A stretch of DNA of 48,396 nucleotides, from positions 1 to 48,396 of IMG/VR virus record IMGVR_UViG_3300037515_000186; one strand, given 5' to 3'. The position numbers were made by a program, and so were the translations under genes. The stretch's first letter is position 1. Every line of letters starts with the position of its first letter. The notes under the pieces were generated by a model. That model did not search any database, was not told the DNA's origin, and worked only from the letters and a program-made list of their open reading frames with translations. This stretch comes from a virus. Its lineage: Duplodnaviria > Caudoviricetes. Positions 25,204 to 34,198 of the stretch are shown here, piece by piece.

Positions 25204-28075
25204 CTAGGCTTGGGCCATGCGCTCTTTCGCATCAAGGATGGCCTGGCGAACGCGCAGCACCATTGCCTCATGTCCTTGCTTGGCCTCGTGAAGGGTGGTG
25301 TAGCGCTCTGTCTCGCCGTCCAGGGCGTCACGAATGAGTGGGTCGGACGAAAACACCATTGTTTCAAAGATGAGCGGTGGCCCATTTGGGGCGAACTGAT
25401 GGTCGGCACCGAGCCACACGGTCGAAATCTCAGTGTCCTCCTCTACCGTCGTGAACGCTACCTGCCTGTAGTCGAATTGCTCATGCTTGCGTGTCCACTC
25501 CAACAATCCAAGCGGCGTCCCGTCCTTGTCGTAGAAGCCGTAACCCATCTGCCTACCCTCCATGTACCTTCTGCTGTGCCTGGCGTAGGGCCTCGATGGC
25601 CTGGCGCATCCTGTGACGGGCAGCCGAATAGGTCATCCTGTCCACGGCCCCTTCAAGCACCTCTGACGGTTTGGGCGACTCCTTGTCGAACGCCTGCGCC
25701 CACTCCACCAGCCCCTCGACGGCCTGGTCGATCTCGGCGCGGTCGGCCAAGGCTTTCAGGTAGCCAGTACGCAGGTGGATGAGCGATTTTCGCGTGTCGC
25801 CCATCTCAACCTTCAATTCCTCGTCGTACGGTGTGTGCTGGGTGGTCATCGTCGTGCTCCTTTCGTGTGGTGCCGCCTTGGCCTGTGCCTAACGGCGGAC
25901 GGCGCGCCGCTAGGAGAGAGGGCGGGAAGGGACGGCCAACCGGCAACGAGTCGTGCGCGGGATTTTATGGCCAGTCCCTAGCTGCCCTTCCTAGGCTAGT
26001 GTTGGGCCGTCGTCTGGGCCAGTTTGCGTTGTCGGGCCGCGTAGAGTGCGCCAGCCCTGCTCACGTATGTCCCTAGCACCGGCAGCGGTGACGCGCGACG
26101 GCGGTGTTCTTGTGCGTGCAACTGCTCGTCTACGGGCATCCTGTGATCGTGTGCCACGGGTCGATTGTTCTTGTCCAAGTGCCAGTGCTTCATGGTCATT
26201 CCCCCGTGGCGTCCGTGTGGGCTAGCTCTGGGTCAATGACGGTTCGTTGCTCGTCGATCATCACGCCTTCGTCGTTGTAGCTGAACGTCTGGCGCAGGAT
26301 TGGCTGAGGCACCTGTCCGCCCTTGCTTCGCGCCTCGCCCATCGTTGTGTAGGGGCCAAGCCATCGGCCATCGTCTGGAGCCTGACAGAAGTAGAACTCG
26401 GTCTGGTAGCTCATCTCGTCACCTCTCCTAGGTAGTACCGGCCTTATCCGGTTGTTCGTGAGTCCATGACCTCGTCAATGTCGCGGCCCTCATCGTCGTA
26501 CCACTCGGACCACTCGCCCGCGTCGGCATCGTATTCCTCAAGCCCGAAGGCGTTCCAGGCCACGGCGGTTGCGAGCAGGTCTGAGAGTGACCACGCGTCG
26601 ATCACGAGGGCTGCATCCTCTACCGAGGCCACGGGCTGGTGCTCGTCGCCAGGCTGCCGCCACACGCGCAACGTGGGCTGTTTCAGTGCATCGCCGCGCT
26701 CCATCGCTTCGAGGGCCAGCGGCGCCGCCTTCTCGTAGTCTCGCCAAATGCGATTCTTGTCCACTGTCAACATGGTTGTCCCTCCACGCGCGTGATGTCG
26801 TGTTGCGCGCCCCACGACTAGGGGCTATCTCATGGTCCCAGCGACGATCTTGAGCGCCTCGATCTTGTCCAGGTGCAACATGTCCGTGTTGAGCGTTGCG
26901 GCCATCGTGCGCGCCTCGTCCCATGTCGCGTAGGAGCCAAGGTCAGGGCAAGGCGTGTAACCCTTCGTCCCTGCGTCGGCCCGTCCGATGCCGTAGCCGC
27001 CCTCTGGCCTAATGACTGCTGTGTATGCGATTCTCATGTCCACTCTCCTAGGTGTTGTACGGCTTGCCTTGCCCGCTATTCGTCTCTGCGTGGACTGGGG
27101 CCATCGGGCCAAATCTGAGAGATAAGGCCCGCTCGCACGTAAGGCGCAAGGGCTTTGCGCAGATCGTCCGCCGCGTCAGCATCCATGTCTAGTAACCCGT
27201 GTAGATCACTCTCCCAAAGCCCTATAGAGTGCATTGCGTAGGTAGCTGCGAAGAGCAGCCGCCGCTCGCGTTGTGTCAGGCGCATGCGCATCATTTGACG
27301 AGCCAGTAAGCTTTGCGCGTGCCGTAAGGGGAGGCCCAACCAGGTGTTGAGCGGCCAATCAGTCTGCGCGTGCCGTCCTGCATCTCCCAATCGGTGTAGT
27401 CGCGGTTGCCGTTGTGTGGATGCACGTTGAGCGTCCCAACGCGGGCGAAGAACTCGTCTTTGGATACTTCTATGATCTTGTCCATTTGCTCAACCCTCCT
27501 AGGTGTTGCTGCGGCTTGCCTCATCAGTACCGCGATAGCCGGTCGCGGTAGACGCCCCGCAGGGCGTTTCGGCTCTAGCGACGCCATTCCAGGCGTTCCG
27601 CCCAGTCTGGGAATATCTGCCGCGCCTCCGACTCACGTAGCTTTGTTCCGTATGCCGCGATGGCGGCATGGCTGTTGGAGTGCGCACGAGTCAGCGTGTT
27701 CTCGGCGTATGCCGCCCAGTCGTCCGCACCACCAACGACGGCCACGACCATAATGATGGCTGCCCCTTTTGGCGTGTCGTAGCCCCGTAGCAGGTCAGTG
27801 CCGCAGTAGGTGTGCTCCGTGTAACCGTGCTCGATCTGTGTGTCTTGCCGCATTGCCTCAACCCTCCTAGGTGTGCTTCCCCTGCCGCATCAACTGGCGT
27901 TCTGGATTTCTTGCGGGCCAACGAGATCAGTGGCGGACTCGACCATCCTCCGGCCATCGTCCCACGCCACCATGACAACCTGGCCACCATCTACGTCCGT
28001 GAATGGGTACGTATGGACTACGATTCCAGCCTCGTCGTAACCGCGACGCTCTACTCTGTCTCCTTGCTCCATCAT
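25204..28075 (-). other. Early array of 10 small CDS (25204-25563, 25553-25849, 25996-26199, 26196-26414, 26444-26773, 26825-27037, 27076-27294, 27291-27485, 27575-27853, 27890-28075)
   Basis: Co-oriented 61-119 aa ORFs with strong RBSs behind a near-consensus promoter; no recognisable domains. Confidence 0.8.
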
Positions 28076-28105
28076 TCCCTCATCTCCTAGGTGTTCTACG
28101 GCTTG
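26425..28105 (-). repeat. Five copies of a leader motif ending ACCTAGGAG before start codons
   Basis: Plus-strand ctcctaggt at 26425, 27045, 27496, 27864, 28084; three copies extend to CAAGCCG-N-AACACCTAGGAG on the minus strand. Confidence 0.88.
27512..27573 (-). ncRNA. Type II hammerhead ribozyme
   Basis: GCC GAAA CGCCC ugcg GGGCG UC^ UACCGCGA ccggcua UCGCGGUA CUGAUGA GGC a AGCCG: full core, stems I-III and a loop I CGGCU / 3' AGCCG pseudoknot. Confidence 0.93.
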
Positions 28106-28118
28106 ACTGCCGCTGCTG

Positions 28119-28155
28119 GTCAATCTACACTAAGTCAACCTACGTGTCAACCTAC
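28119..28155 (-). promoter_or_regulatory. Strong sigma70 promoter overlapped by three direct repeats
   Basis: TTGACA (28150-28145), 17 nt, TAGATT (28127-28122); GTCAA(C/T)CTAC at 28119, 28134, 28146. Confidence 0.85.
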
Positions 28156-28174
28156 AGTCCACTCGTGATATCCG

Positions 28175-28336
28175 ATGAATCCTGATGAAACAAAGATGAC
28201 ATCCAAGCAATGGGCGAGCCAGCAGCGGAAGATTGAGCAGACTGACCGCTGCCGCTTCTGTGACCGCCCGCGCGTCAACGCGACGATGTGTGAGTACCAC
28301 CGCGAGCAGCACAACGCCAGGCGGCGTAAGCACTAG
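28175..28336 (+). CDS. 53-aa basic zinc-finger-like protein
   Basis: ...CRFCDRPRVNATMCEYH...RRRKH; divergent from the early promoter. Confidence 0.6.
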   Translation: MNPDETKMTSKQWASQQRKIEQTDRCRFCDRPRVNATMCEYHREQHNARRRKH

Positions 28337-28339
28337 ACC

Positions 28340-28558
28340 ATGGAGGAATCGCGCGGCCTCTTACTGATTGGCCCGGTGCTCGCAGGCGTTTCGCTGCTGA
28401 TGTGGGGCGTCTGGGGCGCCGAGGACGCCCGCGCGAGCAAGGACGGCAACTATCGTACCGCCGACCTTGCCTACGTCATCGCTGGTCTCACGTCATTCAT
28501 GGGTATTGCCCTCACCTTAGTGGGACTCGCCGCGTTCCTCATCACACGCTTGACGTAG
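28340..28558 (+). CDS. Two-TM small membrane protein
   Basis: Two hydrophobic segments. Confidence 0.6.
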   Translation: MEESRGLLLIGPVLAGVSLLMWGVWGAEDARASKDGNYRTADLAYVIAGLTSFMGIALTLVGLAAFLITRLT

Positions 28559-28696
28559 ACCCGGCAGGCCGCGTCAGCGGAACGCCAGCCGACCGGCAGG
28601 GCTGGCAGCTAGGGCATTGCCTCGCGGCACCCACTCCCTCTATGCGCACCTACGCCAGCCCACACGAGTACTCAACGCTCGTGCTACCCTACCGCT

Positions 28697-29185
28697 ATGA
28701 CCATGGACGACACACCCAGTGCTTCTCTTCTGCACGCTGTGAATCTTCTGCCCTCTACGAGGTTCTCTCCCCCCACCTCTATCCGCCATCCTCAAAAGCG
28801 TGCGTTCCTGGCCGCGTATGCAGAGGCGGGGACGATCAACGCTAGCGCTCGTGCGGTGGGTATCGAGCGTCACACGCACAACGATTGGCTGGCGAGCGAT
28901 GCGGACTACCGTGAAGGCTTCACGCAGGCCAAGGCGGCGTTCTGTGACCACCTGGAGGAGATGGCCTTTGCCCGTGTGCGTGCTCAGAGTCCCAAGGACT
29001 CGCCCCTGCTCCTGATCTGTCTCCTGAACGCGCATCTTCCAGAGAAGTACAGGCCGAACCAGCAACCCACCGACGATAGGGCCATCGAGCTCCTGGCCAA
29101 GCTACGAGAGATGTCACGCGTACAAGGTAAGGGGCAGGCTCCAGCGCTTGGTGAGGCAGGCGGCGCTACGTCAGAGGACGGCTAG
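28697..29185 (+). CDS. terS: Terminase small subunit
   Basis: KRAFLAAYAEAGTINASARAVGI HTH; LEEMAFAR; LLICLLNAHLPEKYR. Confidence 0.75.
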   Translation: MTMDDTPSASLLHAVNLLPSTRFSPPTSIRHPQKRAFLAAYAEAGTINASARAVGIERHTHNDWLASDADYREGFTQAKAAFCDHLEEMAFARVRAQSPKDSPLLLICLLNAHLPEKYRPNQQPTDDRAIELLAKLREMSRVQGKGQAPALGEAGGATSEDG

Positions 29186-29271
29186 GCAGGGATACGGGTA
29201 GGGGCTATGGGCTTGGCTCTTGAAGGATAGGAGGGTGTGGGCACCCCTGACGGATTGAGAGCGTAAAGGGC

Positions 29272-29355
29272 CGTTACCATAATTCAGGTCTGCGTTACCG
29301 TAATTAGCTCTCAGCGTTACCGAAACTTGATTATTGGTAACCCGTTACCTATAAT
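29272..29355 (+). promoter_or_regulatory. Iterated CGTTACC sites and leaderless promoter TTGATT-17-TATAAT
   Basis: CGTTACC at 29272, 29293, 29315, 29343; palindrome GGTAAC-CC-GTTACC in the spacer; ATG at 29363. Confidence 0.8.
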
Positions 29356-29362
29356 AGCTGGT

Positions 29363-29692
29363 ATGGCAGGCTCATTTTGTGACGAGTGCAACGGGTGGCA
29401 TTTCGCGGACGAGCCACATGTGTTAGGAGGAAGTCGTGTTCAACAGAGTCAGGCGTCGTTTGGAGATGTGGGTGGCAGGGTGGATGCGAGGGGAAGCGCT
29501 GAGTCCGGCTCAGGAGCGGAAGGTGCGGTACGGGGTGGAGGAGTTGAACGAGAGCGAATTCGAGAGGTTCATCCGGCAGGGGATACAGGCGGTGGCGGTG
29601 AGAAGCGAGGAAGAGGGCGACCCAGGAAGCCTGACGCGCTGAGCCGTGCAGAGATCCAGCGGCGCTTCCGGGAGAGGAAGAAGGCGGGATGA
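29363..29692 (+). CDS. Small putative DNA-binding protein (CxxC..H N-terminus, RGRPRK...AEIQRRFRERK C-terminus)
   Basis: Leaderless start 7 nt after TATAAT; basic C-terminal helix. Confidence 0.6.
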   Translation: MAGSFCDECNGWHFADEPHVLGGSRVQQSQASFGDVGGRVDARGSAESGSGAEGAVRGGGVERERIREVHPAGDTGGGGEKRGRGRPRKPDALSRAEIQRRFRERKKAG

Positions 29693-29867
29693 GCATTCTC
29701 TTGGACGTGCGGTTGACCAAGATGCTGCTGGAACTTCGGATGGGGAAGTTCGACACCATCTACGTCCCGTACCTAATCTCTCCTGATGAGCTTGCTGCCA
29801 AGATTCTTGAAGAAGGGTATGCCGTCAGAGATACAGGCCGTGAGTTGGTGGTGACACGAGGAGTGGG

Positions 29868-30278
29868 GTGACGATGCCAGATCACGGTGAGCGGTGTAGG
29901 GAGTTGGCGGAGAAATGCGTCGCTGTGCCTTTCTACGAAGGCGGACTCAAGGCATATCCCTATGATGAGCGGTTCGCCAGTCTGCGGGGTGAGCACGGTT
30001 GGGGTGCAGACAGCAATTGCGTTAGATGCAAGGCGTACCTCAACCCTTTGAATGGGAAGTCCCCACCACCCTACTGCCTCCGCACGGAAGGTGATGCGCT
30101 GGACGAGGCGATAGCCGCGTGTGGGTTTGACATGCTGCTCCGGAAGTACGACGACGGCTGGTACTGTCATATTGCGACCGATGCTCCTCCGTACGGCCCT
30201 TCTGTGAGCGGCTACCCCACGCCCCGCGAGGCCAAGTCCGCGGCGCTCCACAGCGCGATATTCAACAACCCCTCGTAG
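29868..30278 (+). CDS. Hypothetical protein, paralog of 15667-16065
   Basis: DERFASLRGEHGW...YCLRT...PTPREAKSAA. Confidence 0.7.
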   Translation: MTMPDHGERCRELAEKCVAVPFYEGGLKAYPYDERFASLRGEHGWGADSNCVRCKAYLNPLNGKSPPPYCLRTEGDALDEAIAACGFDMLLRKYDDGWYCHIATDAPPYGPSVSGYPTPREAKSAALHSAIFNNPS

Positions 30279-30330
30279 GTAGCATCTGCCATAACGCGGT
30301 ATGATGGGCGAAATCCTATGAGGAGTCCCC

Positions 30331-30699
30331 ATGGAGACTCTGGCTGACATCTTGCGAGCACGTGCGGCGGTGCCTGTCAAGGCCAAGAAGCGTTGGTCGC
30401 GGCGGAACGGCTGCCTGCCGTCTGAGATGGGGGTCACGGTGGTGGTGGCGCGTGAGGTGTGGGAGGAGCCCAGGTCTCGGCGTGACCTTCGGCTGATTCT
30501 GGCGGACACCATGGACGGGAAGCTGCGGAAGGAAGAGATGTACGCGGTGGCGAGCCGGGAGACGGCGGAGGCTTGCACCGAGGTGCATCCTCCTCGCAGG
30601 AAAGATTGGCCGTACGAGGTGGAGTGCGACGGGCGTCTTCACTACCACGTGACGAGGCTGTGGGACGTCTTGCAGACGGACGAGCTGTTGGGAGGTTGA
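30331..30699 (+). CDS. Hypothetical protein
   Basis: GAGGAG RBS, 122 aa. Confidence 0.6.
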   Translation: METLADILRARAAVPVKAKKRWSRRNGCLPSEMGVTVVVAREVWEEPRSRRDLRLILADTMDGKLRKEEMYAVASRETAEACTEVHPPRRKDWPYEVECDGRLHYHVTRLWDVLQTDELLGG

Positions 30700-30771
30700 T
30701 ATGCCGAAAGGCAGGCCCTGGGACTATCCGGGTGGGAAGAAGCCGCCAAAGAAGCCGAAACCGCCGAAGCG

Positions 30772-31020
30772 ATGAAGAAGCTCCCCATCGTCGAGGTTGA
30801 GTGGGTGGACTCCAGGCGAAACGGCGGTTGGAGCTCGCGTGAGGACTACATGGACGTGGAAGTTCCTGATTGCCGCTCCGCTGGCTATCTTCTGACCTCC
30901 AACCGCAAGCACATTGTCCTCGTCTTGAACCAGGACGACGCGAACGGGAACGTCTGCGATTCCATGACCATCCCTCGCTCGGCTATCAGGAAAGTGACGC
31001 GGCTGGAGCACAAGCGGTGA
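30772..31020 (+). CDS. Small hypothetical phage protein
   Basis: IVEVEWVDS...CRSAGYL...MTIPRSAIRK; coupled to terL. Confidence 0.75.
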   Translation: MKKLPIVEVEWVDSRRNGGWSSREDYMDVEVPDCRSAGYLLTSNRKHIVLVLNQDDANGNVCDSMTIPRSAIRKVTRLEHKR

Positions 31021-31022
31021 CG

Positions 31023-32384
31023 ATGCTGAAGGAAAACCCGCTCTCCGAGGGTGCTCGATTCCTCTACGAGCAGATAGGCTTCGAGCCGCACGAGGAGCAG
31101 TTGCCCATCCTGGCCTGCGAGAAGCGGTTCATCGTCGTCTCAGGGGGAGAGCAGGCGGGAAAGTCCATGACGGCGGCACGCTTCGCCGCGCGGAAGATCA
31201 CCGAGGCCGACCCCGACCTCTATTGGCTGGTCGCCGCGGACTACGACCGCACGCGGGCCGAGTTCGACTACCTCATCGAGCATTTCGGTGCCATGGGCGT
31301 GCTGAAGGACGCCACCAAGCGCGTTGACCCTGGCCACATCGTGCTGGCGGACGGTACGCGCATCGACACCAAGAGCGCGAAAGACCCACGGACGCTGGCC
31401 ATGAGGGCTCCGAAGGGCATCGTTATCTGCGAAGCGTCCCAGGTTGACCTCGAAACGTTCCACAAGTGCCGGTTCAGGGTCGGCCCCAAGCGCGGCTGGC
31501 TCTTCCTTGCCGGAACCCTAGAAGGCTCGCTCGGCTGGTATCCCTCCATCATCACCGAGTGGCAGACCGGCCAGGACGACCGGCAGTCATTTCGCCTGCC
31601 AACGTGGACAAATACGCATCTCTACCCCGGCGGGCGCTACGACCCCGAGATTGTGGCAATGGAGCGCGATTCCTCCGACGAGAGGTTCCTCGAACGCATC
31701 GCGGGAATGCCAGTTCCGCCGAGGGGACTAGTCTTCCCCGAGTTCTCCTACGACCTGCACGTCAGTGTGGAGGCCGAGTACGTCAAGGGCGAGCCCGTGC
31801 ATATCTGGAACGACCCCGGCTACGCCCACGCGAACGCGACCCTTGCCGCGCACATCCGCGACGGGCAGGTCATCATCTTCGACGAGGTGTACGAGCGCGG
31901 CAAGATCACCTCCGACATCATCGACATCGTGCGCAACCGTCAATGGAAGCCGGATATCAAGTTCGGCGTCATCGATGTGGGCGGGATGCAGCACCAGGCG
32001 ATGGCCGCACCCGCCGAGATATGGCTGGCCCCTCCACTCGAAGGGCTGGGGCTCTACATGTCCTACAACAAGGTCAAGATCGAGGATGGCATCCAGCGGT
32101 TCAAGTCGTTCCTGAAGATCGACCCCGTAACACGCCGTCCACGCATGGTCATCCATCCCCGCTGCGTGGGGCTGCTGAGTGAGCTTGGAGCGGCACCGAG
32201 CCCCTTCGACGGCCAAACGCGGGTGTACCGTTATAAGATGGACAAAGAGGGCAACATCGTCGGGGACATCCCCGAGGACAAGAACAACGACGCGGTGAAG
32301 GCCGTCACCTACGGGCTCTGGGACAACTTCGGGCCGGTGGAGTTGGCCTCCGCGCGGCGGTTCGCAAAGGTGACCAGACGTTGA
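31023..32384 (+). CDS. terL: Terminase large subunit
   Basis: PHEEQ Q-motif, Walker A GGEQAGKS, Walker B variant IVICEA, RNase H-like WNDPG, C-terminal DKNNDAV. Confidence 0.92.
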   Translation: MLKENPLSEGARFLYEQIGFEPHEEQLPILACEKRFIVVSGGEQAGKSMTAARFAARKITEADPDLYWLVAADYDRTRAEFDYLIEHFGAMGVLKDATKRVDPGHIVLADGTRIDTKSAKDPRTLAMRAPKGIVICEASQVDLETFHKCRFRVGPKRGWLFLAGTLEGSLGWYPSIITEWQTGQDDRQSFRLPTWTNTHLYPGGRYDPEIVAMERDSSDERFLERIAGMPVPPRGLVFPEFSYDLHVSVEAEYVKGEPVHIWNDPGYAHANATLAAHIRDGQVIIFDEVYERGKITSDIIDIVRNRQWKPDIKFGVIDVGGMQHQAMAAPAEIWLAPPLEGLGLYMSYNKVKIEDGIQRFKSFLKIDPVTRRPRMVIHPRCVGLLSELGAAPSPFDGQTRVYRYKMDKEGNIVGDIPEDKNNDAVKAVTYGLWDNFGPVELASARRFAKVTRR

Positions 32385-34198
32385 AGCGCACCATTACACA
32401 GATCACCAAGATGGTCGAGGCGAAGCGTGAGATCAAGCACGCCCTGGAAGACCGCTTCGACCGCGACTACCAGATGTGGCGGCTGGAAAAGTTCCAGGAG
32501 ACCGGCCAGGACGGCGAGCCCATCGAGGGGTTCCGCTCCTACACGTCGAATGAGCCGCGTAACTTCGCCAAGAAGATGGTCGCGTGGTGCGCGCAGTCTG
32601 AGATGGTCATTCAGATCACCCACCGGACGACCCGGCGTCATCTGAATGACGAGGACGACCACAAGGAACGGTTCATCATCGGCGTGCTGACGGCAGCCGA
32701 CGAGCGGTTGCGGAACATGGGCAGGCTCCCCCTTCAGGACGAGCTTGGCTGGCACACCTCCATTCGCGGGTGGGTCGCAGGACGCGCGCTCATGCGCAAG
32801 GACGAGGACGGCCGGACCGTCATCGACATCACCCCGTGGGACGTGCGGAACACCTACTGGGAATGGGGTCCCGATGGACTGGAGTGGGCTTGCCACGTCA
32901 CACACAAGACCCGCGCCCAGATACGGGCGCAGTTCGGCGTCGAAGTCCCCGTCGAGGATACCCGCCACGTCCGAGACCCCGAGGAGGAATTGCTGACGGT
33001 CTACGACTTCTACGACCGCGAGCACAACACCATCTGCGTGGAGCGCACCGAGGTCAAGCAGGCAACGCTCCACGGCTCTCCCCGCACGCCCTGTTACCTC
33101 GCCTACGTCCCCCTCCAGCCGGAGATCGACACCGATCAGGTGAACGACCCCATCGCGGACGTGGGCGAGAGCGTCTTCGACGACATTCGCCAGGTCTACG
33201 AGAACTACAACGTCGTGATGAGCGTCTACCTGGAGCTGGTGGCCCGCCAGCGCAAGCCGTCGTACACCGTCTCGTCCAAGGACGGCCAGCTTGTGCTCCA
33301 GTCCGACCCCTACATGGAAGGTTCCGAGATTGCACTGAAGGAGGGCGAGAAGGTCGAACTGCTCGACATGGTGCAGACGACCAAGGACGCCGAGGTCATC
33401 GCGCAGTTGGTCTCTGGGGAGTTGCAGCGGGGCTCCATCCCTCACTCCGCCTATGGAGAGCTGGCTTTCCAGCTTTCAGGCTTCGCCATCAACCAGTTGC
33501 GCGAGGGTATCGAGACCGTCCTTCAACCGCGGCTGAAGTGCATGATCGCCGCGTACATGCAGATCACGCAGTTGCTCATCGACCAGTACCAAACGGGCGC
33601 GTTCGAGCCGGTGAGCGTGTCGGGCCGCGACCGGATGCGGACGTACTTCGACGAGGAGATAGGGCCGGAGCTCATCATGGGCGCCTGCGGGCACACCATC
33701 GAATTGTTCGGCCAGCTGCCGCAGGACGACCTTGCGAAGATGAACATGGCGAACCTCGCCCGCCAGGCGGACGCACAGGGCAACCCGCTCATGCCGGACG
33801 AGTGGATTCGTGAGGAAGTGTTGAAGGTGAAGAACCCCGACATCGTGCGCGACATGCTGGGGGTGCAATCGGCGCAACAGATGCTCCCGGAGGCGATGCT
33901 GTTCACCAGGATGCAGCAGGCCGAGAACATGGGGCACCCGGAATTGGCCCGCTTCTACTACGAGCAATTGCTGTTGGTCATGTGGCGGAACATGCAGATG
34001 TTGATGCAGGCGGGGATTCAGCCGCAGGGTGCGCCACCGGGGCAGGGCTCGCCGTCTGGGCCTCCGGGGCTTCCCTCACAGGCGCTGCCCAACGCCTTCC
34101 AGGGGTTCTCGCCCGCCGCACCGGGGATGGAGCAGTTGGGTGGAATGGTCGCGCCGGGGACTCCACGGCCCGGTGACCGGCAAGGAGTGATGCAATGA
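32381..34198 (+). CDS. Portal protein
   Basis: 605 aa directly after terL; LSGFAINQL segment; Pro/Gln/Gly-rich tail. Confidence 0.85.
   Translation: MKRTITQITKMVEAKREIKHALEDRFDRDYQMWRLEKFQETGQDGEPIEGFRSYTSNEPRNFAKKMVAWCAQSEMVIQITHRTTRRHLNDEDDHKERFIIGVLTAADERLRNMGRLPLQDELGWHTSIRGWVAGRALMRKDEDGRTVIDITPWDVRNTYWEWGPDGLEWACHVTHKTRAQIRAQFGVEVPVEDTRHVRDPEEELLTVYDFYDREHNTICVERTEVKQATLHGSPRTPCYLAYVPLQPEIDTDQVNDPIADVGESVFDDIRQVYENYNVVMSVYLELVARQRKPSYTVSSKDGQLVLQSDPYMEGSEIALKEGEKVELLDMVQTTKDAEVIAQLVSGELQRGSIPHSAYGELAFQLSGFAINQLREGIETVLQPRLKCMIAAYMQITQLLIDQYQTGAFEPVSVSGRDRMRTYFDEEIGPELIMGACGHTIELFGQLPQDDLAKMNMANLARQADAQGNPLMPDEWIREEVLKVKNPDIVRDMLGVQSAQQMLPEAMLFTRMQQAENMGHPELARFYYEQLLLVMWRNMQMLMQAGIQPQGAPPGQGSPSGPPGLPSQALPNAFQGFSPAAPGMEQLGGMVAPGTPRPGDRQGVMQ

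Noticed and set aside
26005-26060. Pistol ribozyme-like start CGTCGTCTGGGC
   Set aside because: There is no complementary P1 strand, and it lies antisense within an ORF.
26425-28105. CRISPR array or integron attC array
   Set aside because: The repeats are short and degenerate, are separated by whole genes, lack attC GTTRRRY/hairpin structure, and no cas genes are present.
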